From NCBI GenBank assembly GCA_030602375.1, contig JAUVZV010000001.1, positions 2,630 through 66,629 of the forward strand: a DNA stretch of 64,000 nucleotides, written 5' to 3'. Made by a program: the position numbers and the translations under genes. Position 1 is the stretch's first letter. Each line of letters begins with the position of its first letter. Origin of the DNA: Chloroflexota bacterium. GTDB taxonomy: Bacteria > Chloroflexota > Dehalococcoidia > Dehalococcoidales > JAUVZV01. Below are positions 33,886 to 44,288 of this stretch, piece after piece. Under the pieces are notes generated by a model, which saw only the letters and a program-made list of their open reading frames with translations, was not told the origin of the DNA and searched no databases.

Positions 33886-35283
33886 ATGACAAAAGGAGAA
33901 CAAACCTTGAAGGACAATGCTGTCTCACAATGGGGCAAGGTTGGCGTTGAGTTGAGCAAGCTGTTGAAAATTCTCACCCTCAACGTGGCGCAAGCTACCC
34001 ACAATCTCGCTAGAAGAAAAGACCCCATAAAAGACAAAACTGTCTCAGCAAAGGGTAAGGTTCGGGTTGAGGTCCACGGGTTGTGGAAAATTTTCGGCTC
34101 TGGCACCGAGCAAATTATTGGTTCGGAACTGCAGTCGGAGAGCAAAGAGACCATACTGGAGAAAACTGGCTGTGTGGTGGCGGTGCGGGGTGTCTCCTTC
34201 AAGGTCAAGCAGGGCGAATTCTTTGTTATCATGGGACTGTCTGGCAGCGGGAAGTCTACCCTGATTCGAATGCTTCTCCGCCTTATTGAACCAACAGCAG
34301 GTGAGATTCTCATCGATGGAGAAGACGTTTGCAGTTATAATGAGCGCCAACTCACCAAGCTGCGCCGCCACACCACCAGCATGGTCTTTCAACATTTCGG
34401 TTTGCTTCCCCACCGCAACGTCATTGATAATGTAGCTTATGGACTTAAGGTCAGGGGGGTAGCTAAAAAGAAGCGCTACCCCTCAGCGCAGAAGGTGATT
34501 GAAACAGTAGGACTCAAGGGGTGGGAAAGCTACCTCCCCTATGCCCTTAGCGGTGGCATGCAACAGCGAGTTGGATTAGCCAGAGCCCTGGCTACTGACC
34601 CCGAGATACTGCTCATGGATGAGCCCTTCAGTGGACTTGACCCTCTGATTCGCCGCGAGATGCAGGATGAGCTCCTGGACATACAGGAGAAGGTCAAGAA
34701 AACAATTATCTTCGTAACCCATGACCTTCATGAAGCCCTAAAGTTGGGCAATCGCATTGCCATTATGAGAGACGGCGGGATTATCCAGATTGGTACCCCT
34801 GAGGAGGTGATAACAGCACCAATTGATGCCTATGTGCGTGAATTCGTCAAGGATGCTACGCCAGCTAGGGTGCTCACTGCCCGAAATATCATGGAGCAAC
34901 CTCATATCCTCCTCTACGACTGGCAAGGTCCCGGGGCAGCCCTTTACATACTCACCACTGCCAAACTGGACAACGCCTTCCTGGTTAACCGAGCTGGCAA
35001 GCTACTGGGACTAGTAACAGCCGAGCGGCTGAAGGAGTTAATCCAAAAGAATAGTACTGAGATTGCTGACGCACTTGAACCTGACCTCCCTACCTGTACC
35101 CCAGATACGGTAGTCGAGGACCTGTTCCCCCTAGCTGCTTCTACTTTGTATCCTGTTCCCGTTGTTGATGACCAGGGAAAGCTTAACGGGGAGATACACA
35201 CCAGTACCATCCTAGTTAGTATGATTCAGGCGAAGGAGGCGGAGGAAGAGGAAGCAGTTAAAGAGAAGGAGATAGCGGCCTGA
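33886..35283 (+). CDS. proV: glycine betaine/proline ABC transporter ATP-binding protein with C-terminal CBS pair
   Basis: GLSGSGKST, LSGGMQQR and LMDEP motifs with a CBS-like C-terminus. An alternative start is TTG 33907, which has SD GGAG. The N-terminal ~40 aa are a duplicated segment (see findings). Confidence 0.9.
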   Translation: MTKGEQTLKDNAVSQWGKVGVELSKLLKILTLNVAQATHNLARRKDPIKDKTVSAKGKVRVEVHGLWKIFGSGTEQIIGSELQSESKETILEKTGCVVAVRGVSFKVKQGEFFVIMGLSGSGKSTLIRMLLRLIEPTAGEILIDGEDVCSYNERQLTKLRRHTTSMVFQHFGLLPHRNVIDNVAYGLKVRGVAKKKRYPSAQKVIETVGLKGWESYLPYALSGGMQQRVGLARALATDPEILLMDEPFSGLDPLIRREMQDELLDIQEKVKKTIIFVTHDLHEALKLGNRIAIMRDGGIIQIGTPEEVITAPIDAYVREFVKDATPARVLTARNIMEQPHILLYDWQGPGAALYILTTAKLDNAFLVNRAGKLLGLVTAERLKELIQKNSTEIADALEPDLPTCTPDTVVEDLFPLAASTLYPVPVVDDQGKLNGEIHTSTILVSMIQAKEAEEEEAVKEKEIAA

Positions 35284-36185
35284 TGATTGAATTCCGTGAG
35301 TTCCTTCAATTCCTGGTTGAATTCCCTGAACTCCTCCGGATTCCACTGGCGGAGTGGATTGATACTGCTATGAGCTGGCTCTTGATCAACTGGGCTGCCG
35401 CCTTTGATGTCATTGGTGACACTATTTTGGCTATCCTACTTAATATTGAGCGCTCTCTCCTCTGGCTACCCTGGACAGCAATAGTGGTGCTGGTAGGAGT
35501 AGTTGCTTGGGGCGTGATGCGCCTGTGGTGGGCAGGAGTAATTATGGCGGCGTTTCTGATCCTAATCGGGACCTTCGGCTACTGGGACTTAGCCATGATG
35601 ACCCTGGCAATCATCATTTCAGCAGTAATCATCTCCTTTTCCCTTGGCCTCCCCACCGGCATTATTATGGCGCGGAGTAATCGTTTTGAAGCCATTATTA
35701 AGCCGGTGCTGGATGCCATGCAGACCATGCCCAGTTTCGTCTACCTAATTCCAGCCTTAATGTTTTTCGGTCTGGGTAAAGTGCCGGCGGTATTCGCTAC
35801 TATTATCTATGCCGTGCCGCCAGTCATCCGGCTGACCAATGTCGGCATCCGACAGGTGCCACAGAGTGTTATCGAAGCGGCTAAAGCCTTTGGCGCCAAT
35901 TCACGACAGATACTGTTTGAGGTGCAGATACCCCTGGCGATTCCGTCAATAATGGTAGGTATCAATCAGACCACAATGATGGCGCTGGCTATGGTAGTAA
36001 TTGCCTCAATGATTGGGGCGCGGGGTTTGGGGCTGGAGGTGCTGCTGGCCATCAACCGCATTGAGGTAGGACGCGGCTTTGAGGCTGGGCTTTGTATTGT
36101 GCTACTGGCGATTATGATTGACCGCATGACTCATGCCCTGGCAGCTCGTCAGGAAAAAATACTCACCTCCGAGGCCAAAGTTTAA
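35283..36185 (+). CDS. proW: glycine betaine/proline ABC transporter permease
   Basis: 300 aa BPD_transp_1-type permease (EAAKAFGAN motif). Its start overlaps the proV stop. Confidence 0.9.
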   Translation: MIEFREFLQFLVEFPELLRIPLAEWIDTAMSWLLINWAAAFDVIGDTILAILLNIERSLLWLPWTAIVVLVGVVAWGVMRLWWAGVIMAAFLILIGTFGYWDLAMMTLAIIISAVIISFSLGLPTGIIMARSNRFEAIIKPVLDAMQTMPSFVYLIPALMFFGLGKVPAVFATIIYAVPPVIRLTNVGIRQVPQSVIEAAKAFGANSRQILFEVQIPLAIPSIMVGINQTTMMALAMVVIASMIGARGLGLEVLLAINRIEVGRGFEAGLCIVLLAIMIDRMTHALAARQEKILTSEAKV

Positions 36186-36242
36186 AGATAGCCTATTCTC
36201 AATCAAGCAAAAGAACTAAACAGTCTACGCCATAACACGAAA

Positions 36243-36674
36243 TTATAGTTTCACCGCCCCCAACCCCAAATAGGCGACTTCTTCATCCTCATCTGGTGAG
36301 GGGTAACCACTCACCCCAATAGCACCCAGTTTAGTGCCGCTGGCATTCTTAAAAACAAGCCCGCCAGCAATGGTAGTGAGCTTACTATCGCCCCAAGTAG
36401 CTACTTCCCTCTCAAACTGCTTCTGGCGTTCAGCCCACTCACTGGTGTGCCTACCGAAGGTAACCGCGGTGTAAGCCTTATTTATGGCCATACGGACAAA
36501 TAGAGGCCAGGCTCCATCCAGTTTGGCAAAATAAACCAAGTCACCCCTATCATCAACTACCGCCACCGCAATAGGTTTATCCGGTTTTTTAGCCGCCTCT
36601 TTTAAGACCGTCTCCGCCGCCAAGCGAGCCTCCTCAAGACTGATGCAATCCCGTTGGTACATTTTAACCCCCAA
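36243..36674 (-). CDS. GlcG/HbpS-like (DUF336) heme-binding family protein
   Basis: PIAVAVVDDRGDLV...KLDGA...AINKAYTAV...GAIGVSG matches the GlcG/DUF336 pattern. Confidence 0.65.
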   Translation of the reverse strand: MGVKMYQRDCISLEEARLAAETVLKEAAKKPDKPIAVAVVDDRGDLVYFAKLDGAWPLFVRMAINKAYTAVTFGRHTSEWAERQKQFEREVATWGDSKLTTIAGGLVFKNASGTKLGAIGVSGYPSPDEDEEVAYLGLGAVKL

Positions 36675-36738
36675 AAATAAAATATTCTATACCCGCAGTA
36701 GAAGATATTAAAGCACCCATCCCAAGTCAAAACTCGAT

Positions 36739-36770
36739 AAAAAACCCCCTGGAGGTGATTAAAACCAGGG
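36739..36770 (-). terminator. intrinsic terminator downstream of pyk
   Basis: The minus strand reads CCCTGG-N12-CCAGGG followed by GGTTTTTT, about 50 nt after the pyk stop. Confidence 0.45.
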
Positions 36771-36818
36771 ATTTGGTTAGCGTTGATGCTACTTTGGGTT
36801 TAGTTGAGGTAAAGCAGT

Positions 36819-38243
36819 TCAGTCAACCCGCTCTACCTTGACCAGATTAGTGCTACCCGGTGTTCCCATTGGAATACCGGCGGTAACAACAACCAGTTCC
36901 CCCCTGGCGGCAATCCCCGTCTTTGAGGCTAACTTCACCACCTCCCTGAACATACTATCCACACTTAGCGGCTCGGCTAAAGGATAAGGCTCTATACCCC
37001 AGCTTAAGATAAGCCTCCTTGCTACTCCAGCATCCGGGGTAATAGCTAATATAGGTGCTCTGGGGCGATTCTTGGATACCCGTAGCGCCGTACTCCCCGA
37101 AGTGGTATAAGCTACGATGCACGCCGCTCCAAGGTGCTGAGCAATATGGCAGGCAGCATGGCTTATGGCATCATCCGTTTCGGGTAAAACCTTCTCCTCC
37201 CTTTCCAGCAGAATACGCTCGTAAGGTAGTACTTTCTCCGTCTCAACGGCGATACTTGACATTATGTTAACTGTTTCTACAGGATAGCTGCCGATAGCTG
37301 TTTCGGCAGAGAGCATAACGGCGTCGGCACCATCAAAGATAGCATTGGCAACATCCCCCACCTCAGCACGAGTGGGTCTTACTGCATTTACCATTGATTC
37401 CAGCATCTGAGTGGCGACAATAACCGGCTTGCCAACCCGATTGCATTTATTTATGATTTCCTTCTGTACTATCGGCACTTCTTTTAAAGGTATTTCCACC
37501 CCCAAGTCACCGCGAGCTATCATTATGCCATCAGCTTCAGCAATAATCCTGTCAATGTCACCCACTGCCTCGTGCTTCTCAATCTTGGCGATAAGCGGCA
37601 CCCTAGCCTTCCGCACTTTTAGGAACTGTTTCATTCTAAGAACATCTTCCACGGCACGGACAAAGGAGATAGCCACGAAATCCACACCCTGCTCCAGCCC
37701 AAAAGAGAGGTGTTCCAGGTCTTCCTTGATAATAGAAGACACCTTGAGCTTGGTCCCGGGCACGTTGATGCCCTTATTTGCTCCAAGCAGCCCCCCAACC
37801 ACAACCTTACATTTGACCTCATTTTCAGTAGCAGATGTCACCTTTAGCTCAATAGCCCCATCCTCAAGAAAGATGGTGTCCCCAGATTTAACATCACCGA
37901 GAATGGTGGGCATGCTTACTGATACCCGGTGCTCATCACCCGGGACTTCCTTGCCTACCAGAGAAAAGTCAGCACCCCCCTTTAACTCCACTGCTTTTTT
38001 CCTTAACCTGCCCGTTCTTAACTTAGGACCCGGCAGGTCTTGAAGTATTGCCACTGGTATACCCAACCTCGTTGAAACCTGACGGATAGCTCTGATGACC
38101 TTAGCATGTTCTTCATGCTCACCGTAGGAGAAATTAAGGCGAGCCACGTTCATCCCAGCCCGTACCAGTTTTTCTATCATCTCACTTGAGCTGCTCTGGG
38201 GCCCAATGGTGGCAACAATTTTAGTTTTTCTGAGTATCTTCAT
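36819..38243 (-). CDS. pyk: pyruvate kinase
   Basis: 474 aa. KIVATIGP, NFSYG and MIARGDLGVEIP motifs. Confidence 0.95.
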   Translation of the reverse strand: MKILRKTKIVATIGPQSSSSEMIEKLVRAGMNVARLNFSYGEHEEHAKVIRAIRQVSTRLGIPVAILQDLPGPKLRTGRLRKKAVELKGGADFSLVGKEVPGDEHRVSVSMPTILGDVKSGDTIFLEDGAIELKVTSATENEVKCKVVVGGLLGANKGINVPGTKLKVSSIIKEDLEHLSFGLEQGVDFVAISFVRAVEDVLRMKQFLKVRKARVPLIAKIEKHEAVGDIDRIIAEADGIMIARGDLGVEIPLKEVPIVQKEIINKCNRVGKPVIVATQMLESMVNAVRPTRAEVGDVANAIFDGADAVMLSAETAIGSYPVETVNIMSSIAVETEKVLPYERILLEREEKVLPETDDAISHAACHIAQHLGAACIVAYTTSGSTALRVSKNRPRAPILAITPDAGVARRLILSWGIEPYPLAEPLSVDSMFREVVKLASKTGIAARGELVVVTAGIPMGTPGSTNLVKVERVD

Positions 38244-38391
38244 GCTTCCTACCAGCGATTAAAATTCAAACCCTGAAGATTGCTTAAATATTAACATTGA
38301 TACTTATCCAGCACAATGGCAAATATGAAAAAGGCGCTTATTGATGGCAGGGTTTTAAGGATTAAAGCTAATATATTCTGGAGGGTGTTTC

Positions 38392-39087
38392 TTGACAGAT
38401 GCTATTGCCGATTGTAGTATGCTAAAGTTGATGTACTCGGTTGAGAGCCTAAAAATTTCGGGCTACCACGACGAGCCGGTGCCCAATACCTTCTTCAGGC
38501 AGGAAGATAAGGCACATCATCTTGCTATCCTGCTGCCAGGTTTGGAATATACCTGTCAGATGCCACTCCTTTATTACCCTGCCTGCCTGCTGCTAATCTT
38601 GGGCGCGGATATACTCCAGGTCGAGTACGCTTATAATCTCCGCCCTGACTTTCAGGCACTGCCGAATTCAGAACAACTTAAGTGGTCATTCACCGATGCT
38701 ACCGCCGCCTGCAGTGCTGCCCTAGCCCAGCGCCCCTATGAACAGGTAACGCTAATCGGGAAATCAATCGGTACCCTAGCCATGGGTCATCTCTTAACTA
38801 CCGAGGCCAAACTGGCACCGGCGCAGGCAGTCTGGCTCACCCCTTTACTGCGAAATGACAACTTACGTTCCCAAATCAAGCTTTGCGGGCAGCGTTCTCT
38901 CTTTATAATTGGCACTGCCGACCCTCATTATCGTCCCAACCATTTGGCTGAGCTCCAAAAGGCAACTAAAGGAGAGGTCGTCGTCATCGAAGGTGCTGAC
39001 CACAGTCTGGAGATTAAGGGCAAGGTATCACAGTCACTGAAGGCTATGGAGCAGGTGATAGACGCCATGCAGGCGTTTTTTACCTAA
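38392..39087 (+). CDS. alpha/beta hydrolase family protein
   Basis: GKSIG nucleophile-elbow-like motif, with later GTADP and GADHSL. SD GGAGG lies 7 nt before TTG 38392. Confidence 0.45.
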   Translation: MTDAIADCSMLKLMYSVESLKISGYHDEPVPNTFFRQEDKAHHLAILLPGLEYTCQMPLLYYPACLLLILGADILQVEYAYNLRPDFQALPNSEQLKWSFTDATAACSAALAQRPYEQVTLIGKSIGTLAMGHLLTTEAKLAPAQAVWLTPLLRNDNLRSQIKLCGQRSLFIIGTADPHYRPNHLAELQKATKGEVVVIEGADHSLEIKGKVSQSLKAMEQVIDAMQAFFT

Positions 39088-39111
39088 TGGATACGCAGGC
39101 TGCCAGGGTCA

Positions 39112-40350
39112 CTACCTTCTCTCCAAGATGGCCGAGACCCCCATACCACCGCCGCCACAGATAGCTATTAAACCATACTTGGCACTACGCCTTTTCATTT
39201 CGTAAAGCAGGGTGGTTAAAATCCTGGCACCGGTGCAACCCAAAGGGTGTCCCAGGGCAACGCAAGAGCCATTAACGTTTACCTTATCGTAATCCTTTTC
39301 CGTAATTCCCAACTCTCTGAGATTGGCCAACGTCTGCGCCGCAAAAGCCTCGTGTAACTCAATAAGGTCCATGTCGCCAATAGTGAGGCCTGCCTTTTTG
39401 AGTGCTTTGTTTACGGCTACAGGTGCTGCCTGCCAGGCATAACAAGGGTCAGCACCACTTTGAACATAGGCTTTAATATAACCCAACTCTATCCCCATCC
39501 CCTTTGCCTTCTCCTCTGAGGCTACTACGCAGACCGCAGCACCGTCACTCTCCCCAGATGAATTGCCAGCAGTACAAACCCCTCCCAATACAGGTCTCAG
39601 TTTGGAGAGCGCCTCCAAACTCGTATCCGGGCGGGGATGCTCATCCTTATCAAACAATATTAAGCCACCACGACGCTGCGGAACCTGAACCGGCACAATT
39701 TCTTCCTCAAACTTCCCCGAGCTAATGGCAGCCACCGCCCTCTGATGGCTCAGTAGAGCCCACCCGTCTACCTCCTCCCTTGAAATATTGTATGTCTTGG
39801 CAGCAGTTTCAGCCCAAGACATCATTGATGGCAGGATGCCAAATCTCTCCTCAGGCTGAGACATAACCCGGGAGCGCTGTATCCGGTCATAGAATGGGAG
39901 CCCCCAAATGGAGAGGTCGCCGTGTCCCCTAGGCATACTAGCTGTCCCCCCAATACCCCACCTTACCTCACCGTTTAAATAAAACTCAGCCGTGCTCATG
40001 CTCTCCACCCCACCAGCCACCATCACCTCGGCATCATCAGTTTTAATTGCCATTGCCGCCAGACCAACAGCATCAAGACCGCTACAACATCGTCGGTCGA
40101 GTGTTAGGGCTGGAATCTCAACCGGCCAGCCAGCCTTAAGCAGTGACATGCGGGCGATATTGACATATTCACCGCTTTGATAATTCTGTCCCATAATTAC
40201 CCCGTCCACTGAGGCTGGGTCTAATTTAGCCCTTTTTGCTACTTCACCTAAGACCAAAGCACCCAGCTCACCTGCCGGGACAGTCCGTAAACTGCCACCA
40301 AAATTGCCCACTGGCGTTCGCACGGCACTAATAATAACTGCTTGGCTCAC
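39112..40350 (-). CDS. acetyl-CoA C-acetyl/acyltransferase (thiolase)
   Basis: Active-site RRCCSGL, GHPLGCTGARIL and CGGGGMG. Confidence 0.9.
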   Translation of the reverse strand: MSQAVIISAVRTPVGNFGGSLRTVPAGELGALVLGEVAKRAKLDPASVDGVIMGQNYQSGEYVNIARMSLLKAGWPVEIPALTLDRRCCSGLDAVGLAAMAIKTDDAEVMVAGGVESMSTAEFYLNGEVRWGIGGTASMPRGHGDLSIWGLPFYDRIQRSRVMSQPEERFGILPSMMSWAETAAKTYNISREEVDGWALLSHQRAVAAISSGKFEEEIVPVQVPQRRGGLILFDKDEHPRPDTSLEALSKLRPVLGGVCTAGNSSGESDGAAVCVVASEEKAKGMGIELGYIKAYVQSGADPCYAWQAAPVAVNKALKKAGLTIGDMDLIELHEAFAAQTLANLRELGITEKDYDKVNVNGSCVALGHPLGCTGARILTTLLYEMKRRSAKYGLIAICGGGGMGVSAILERR

Positions 40351-40366
40351 TTTGTTCCTTCCTTCC

Positions 40367-41233
40367 TCAGAAGCATTGCCTCATTTTCTCATCAAGCTGA
40401 AGTTTTCTAGCTAAACGGTTGACCACTAACCTGAGTTTTTCTGAGTATTCCATCCTTATCCAGCCATCAAAGAGAATTTTCTGGTATTCCCGAACCAGAT
40501 AAGGAAAGTGTCTTTCCAGTAGCCTCTTTAGTGATGGCCAAACCCCATAGCGGGGATTTAAGCGGTCAATGTAGAAATAGTCAACACCGACACCTCTAAT
40601 TGCCTCAAGTAGCCCGAGCAGGTTCTCTTCAGTATCTGATAGATACGGCAACAACGGGCCAAGGAAAGCATAGGTTCTGATTCCCCTTATCTTGGCTTCT
40701 TCCAAGAGTGCCAAGCGCTGGGTGGTCGGTGAGCTTTTAGGTTCAATCAACCGACGCAGTCCCTCATCAAAAGTGGTTAGGGTAACCCCGAAACTTACCC
40801 CATCCCCTGAACCAAGCAGGTCAAGGTCGCGACCTGCCAGCGCACTCTTGGTGAGGATAGTTACCGGAAAGCCATAGTGGAGCAGTATCTCCAGACAGCG
40901 GCGTGTCAGGTAGTAGCTTTCTTCCCTGGGCTGCCAGCCATCACACACCGAGCTTACGAATACCCTGCCCACCCTTTTCCGTCTGACCTCCTGAGCCAGA
41001 ACCTGGGGAGCATTTATCCTGACATCAACAAAACTCCCCCAGGGCTCACCGGGATGGGAAAACCTTGAGGCAAACCTGGCGTAGCAGTAAGTACACCCGT
41101 GTTCACAACCAACATAGCAGTTCAAAGCCCAACAAGCCAGCCCTGATTTAGAGAGAGCTGATTTGCACCCTACTTCCCTTAGCTTGAAGACCCCTTCGGC
41201 AGATGAAACCATATCCAGCCCAGCAATTAACAA
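40367..41233 (-). CDS. radical SAM protein (SplB/COG1533-like)
   Basis: CEHGCTYC (CxxxCxxC) cluster motif near the N-terminus. The start may be ATG 41212. Confidence 0.7.
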   Translation of the reverse strand: MLIAGLDMVSSAEGVFKLREVGCKSALSKSGLACWALNCYVGCEHGCTYCYARFASRFSHPGEPWGSFVDVRINAPQVLAQEVRRKRVGRVFVSSVCDGWQPREESYYLTRRCLEILLHYGFPVTILTKSALAGRDLDLLGSGDGVSFGVTLTTFDEGLRRLIEPKSSPTTQRLALLEEAKIRGIRTYAFLGPLLPYLSDTEENLLGLLEAIRGVGVDYFYIDRLNPRYGVWPSLKRLLERHFPYLVREYQKILFDGWIRMEYSEKLRLVVNRLARKLQLDEKMRQCF

Positions 41234-41349
41234 AGTTTCTATTATTTTACCACCAAATCAACTCCTGAGTCTCAGCAAGCTTTGACTCTGGCTAGCCAAA
41301 TAAGATTGCCTGTGCTAGACTGAATTTATTACTTACTTAAGGGAAAACA

Positions 41350-41745
41350 GTGTATTACTTTGCCTACGGCTCAAATCTAAACAAAAAACAGATGCAGGAG
41401 CGCTGTCCAGATTCCAAGCCCAGGTTTACGGTTACCCTGCATAATTATAAGTTGGTATTTCTTGGCTGGTCACCGAAATGGCAAGGCGGAGTTGCCAGCT
41501 TAAGGCCAATGAGAGGGGAAAAAGTAATCGGGGGTATCTATGAAGCCACCGAATCGTGTTTGAAGCGGCTTGATATTTGCGAGGGTCCTACTTATACCAG
41601 AAAAAATATCAAGGTAAATACAGAATTTGGTGACCTTGTGGGAGTCGTAACCTATGTTAAGATCAAGCAACTCGAGGATACAAGGCCTTCACCGAAGTAT
41701 GTATCTGCCATCCAACAAGGATACCGAGACTGGGGCATAGTCTGA
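41350..41745 (+). CDS. gamma-glutamylcyclotransferase (AIG2/GGCT-like) family protein
   Basis: N-terminus YYFAYGSNLNKKQMQERCP is typical of the GGCT fold. Confidence 0.7.
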   Translation: MYYFAYGSNLNKKQMQERCPDSKPRFTVTLHNYKLVFLGWSPKWQGGVASLRPMRGEKVIGGIYEATESCLKRLDICEGPTYTRKNIKVNTEFGDLVGVVTYVKIKQLEDTRPSPKYVSAIQQGYRDWGIV

Positions 41746-41789
41746 CAGCGGTAGCACACACCACAATGATAGACTATAATTAGGCCAAT

Positions 41790-42431
41790 ATGGGTTGCCT
41801 GAGATTAATACTGCCAGTTCTGATAGTGCTGCCTATAGTTTTTATCCTTATCTTTTTTAACCTCATTACTATATCTTTGGCTAAACTCGGCCTTTCGCCG
41901 GAGTCAGCAATAGCCCTGCTCTTAGCCGTACTTTTCGGCAGTATGGTGAACATACCGGTGTCCCGAAGGCGTATTGTGTATGAACAGCCCAGGCCCTTTT
42001 ACCTTCGTTTCTTCTTCTACCTGCCACCAAGAGTAACCCACCAAGTCATCGCGGTTAATGTAGGTGGTGCCATAATACCCATCGGGTTTGCTCTATATTT
42101 GCTACCACGAGCCCCGTTGCTACCCACTCTGATTGCAACCGCTGTTTTGGTAATCGCCACCAGGTTACTAGCCAAACCGGTTGCCGGGGTGGGGATAGTC
42201 ATGCCCGTCTGGATACCACCCCTTATCTCAGTCGGATTAGCCCTCCTCTTAGCTAGAGATAATCCAGCACCGGTAGCCTATATTTCAGGGACAGTAGGCA
42301 CCCTCATTGGCGCTGACTTACTTAACTGGTCAAATTTCAAAAAGCTTGGCTCTCATCTTATCAGCATTGGCGGGGCTGGTGTTTTTGATGGCATATTCTT
42401 ATCCGGCATGGTAGCCATCCTGATTACATAG
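41790..42431 (+). CDS. integral membrane protein (DUF1614-like)
   Basis: 213 aa and polytopic. GTLIGADLL...SIGGAGVFDGIFL resembles DUF1614 as I remember it. Confidence 0.4.
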   Translation: MGCLRLILPVLIVLPIVFILIFFNLITISLAKLGLSPESAIALLLAVLFGSMVNIPVSRRRIVYEQPRPFYLRFFFYLPPRVTHQVIAVNVGGAIIPIGFALYLLPRAPLLPTLIATAVLVIATRLLAKPVAGVGIVMPVWIPPLISVGLALLLARDNPAPVAYISGTVGTLIGADLLNWSNFKKLGSHLISIGGAGVFDGIFLSGMVAILIT

Positions 42432-42461
42432 CCGCATTTAAGATTATCTTTGGGGAGAGAA

Positions 42462-43445
42462 ATGAGCGATTACATTATTGAGGTGGAAAATCTGGTTAAG
42501 AGATTTGGTGGCCTGGTCGCCGTAGATGACATCAGTTTCAAGGTGAAAGTAGGGGAAATCTTTGGCTTTCTGGGCCCAAACGGGGCGGGAAAGACAACCA
42601 CCATCAACATCCTGTGTACCCTACTAAGACCAACATCAGGGCGAGCCCTAATTAATGGCTTTGATGCGGTGCGCCAGCAAAGCCAAGTACGCCAGTCGAT
42701 TGGCCTGGTCTTTCAGGACCCGAGCCTGGATGAGCGCTTGAGCGGGCTACAGAACCTGCGCTTTCACGCCATGGTCTACAATATGCCTGCCTCAGTTCGT
42801 GAGCAGAGGATTGAGCAGTTTCTCCAGATGATGCAGCTCTGGGACAAACGCCACAACGAGGTGCGCACCTATTCTGGAGGCATGAAACGCCGCCTGGAGC
42901 TAGCTAGAGGACTACTGCATCACCCCAAGGTACTTTTCCTTGATGAGCCCACACTGGGGCTAGACCCGCAAACACGCCATCGTATATGGGAGTACATACT
43001 TAAGCTAAGGCAGCAAGAAGATACTACTATTTTCCTCACCACCCACGATATGGATGAGGCCAATAAAGCCAACCGCATTGCTATTATTGACTACGGGAAG
43101 ATTATCGCCATGGATAGCCCAGAAAAGCTGAAAAAGATGGTGGGTAAGGATATCATCTCGGTGAAGACTGACGATGATAAGAGGGCGGCTAAAGAGATAG
43201 AGCTTCGCTACCAAATTGAGGTTAGGCATGATAGCAGCGGCCTTACCTTTGAGATAGCCGATGGAGAACAGTTCCTGCCCGATTTCATCAAAGAGTTTAG
43301 CCACAAGATATTGAGTGTTAATCTGCGTTGTTCCAGCCTGGACGACGTCTTTTTAAAGCTCACCGGGAGGGAAATCCGGGAGGAGGAAGTGAGAGACACG
43401 CTCAAAGCAATGGTGCGCCAACATGGCCGCCGCATGCGGCGCTAG
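42462..43445 (+). CDS. ABC transporter ATP-binding protein (ABC-2/DrrA-like exporter)
   Basis: GPNGAGKTT, SGGMKRRL and FLDEPT motifs. ATG 42462 follows SD GGGGAGAG. Confidence 0.85.
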   Translation: MSDYIIEVENLVKRFGGLVAVDDISFKVKVGEIFGFLGPNGAGKTTTINILCTLLRPTSGRALINGFDAVRQQSQVRQSIGLVFQDPSLDERLSGLQNLRFHAMVYNMPASVREQRIEQFLQMMQLWDKRHNEVRTYSGGMKRRLELARGLLHHPKVLFLDEPTLGLDPQTRHRIWEYILKLRQQEDTTIFLTTHDMDEANKANRIAIIDYGKIIAMDSPEKLKKMVGKDIISVKTDDDKRAAKEIELRYQIEVRHDSSGLTFEIADGEQFLPDFIKEFSHKILSVNLRCSSLDDVFLKLTGREIREEEVRDTLKAMVRQHGRRMRR

Positions 43446-43454
43446 GAGGTAAAA

Positions 43455-44243
43455 ATGAATAACCTGCGTGGCATATACACCATCTGGTACCGTGACCTAC
43501 TCCGTTTCTGGCACGACAAAATGCGACTAATTGGCTCTTTGACCTTTCCCCTCCTCTTTCTATTTATCTTTGGCAGTGGTCTCAGTGCCAGGATGGGTCT
43601 TTTGGGGCCTGGGATTGACTTCACCCGCTTCATCTTTCCCGGCATCATTGGCATGACTGTGCTCATGAGCTCTTTTATGGCTGGGGTCTCTGTAGTCTGG
43701 GACCGAGAATTTGGTTTCCTAAAGGAAGTGCTGGTAGCGCCAATCAGCCGTACCTGTGTCGCGGTGGGTAAGACTCTGGGGGCGGCAACAGTAGCCTTAC
43801 TGCAGGGGATGCTCATTCTACTCTTCGCACCTTTAATCGGTGTCTCTTTTTCCATGTGGACAGTGTTGGCACTGCTGCCGCTAATGTTTCTGTTGGCTGC
43901 CTCCATGGGCTCTTTTGGCATCCTACTTGCTACCCGCATTAGAACTATGGAAGCATTTCAGGCAGTGATGCAAATGCTAATGTTTCCGATGGTGTTTTTG
44001 TCCGGGGCCTTCTTCCCGGTGCAAGGACTGCCAACATGGATGAACATCTTGGTGAAGCTCAATCCAGCTACCTACGGCATCGACCCCATTCGCCAGGTAG
44101 CACTAGGGACCCAAGCCGACTCACCCTTTAGCCTCATCCTATTCGGGCATACCATGTCAATCTGGGATGATGTTATGATACTGGCACTATTTGGGCTAGT
44201 CACAACCGTTCTGGCGATTTGGTCTTTTTCAAATCAGGAATAG
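43455..44243 (+). CDS. ABC-2 type transporter permease
   Basis: 262 aa with 6 TM segments, immediately downstream of the ATPase. Confidence 0.8.
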   Translation: MNNLRGIYTIWYRDLLRFWHDKMRLIGSLTFPLLFLFIFGSGLSARMGLLGPGIDFTRFIFPGIIGMTVLMSSFMAGVSVVWDREFGFLKEVLVAPISRTCVAVGKTLGAATVALLQGMLILLFAPLIGVSFSMWTVLALLPLMFLLAASMGSFGILLATRIRTMEAFQAVMQMLMFPMVFLSGAFFPVQGLPTWMNILVKLNPATYGIDPIRQVALGTQADSPFSLILFGHTMSIWDDVMILALFGLVTTVLAIWSFSNQE

Positions 44244-44288
44244 TTTTTATTCTTTTGCCTCCAGCTTTTTATCTTAAACATCCAGGTT

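Noticed and set aside
33870-34413. 147-aa and 122-aa minus-strand ORFs overlapping the 5' part of proV
   Set aside because: They are antisense to proV, which has a clear ABC ATPase signature on the plus strand.
37411-38043. 210-aa ORF on the plus strand
   Set aside because: It lies entirely antisense to the well-supported pyruvate kinase gene. The product is S/T/P-rich and low in complexity, with no SD. This is a typical shadow ORF.
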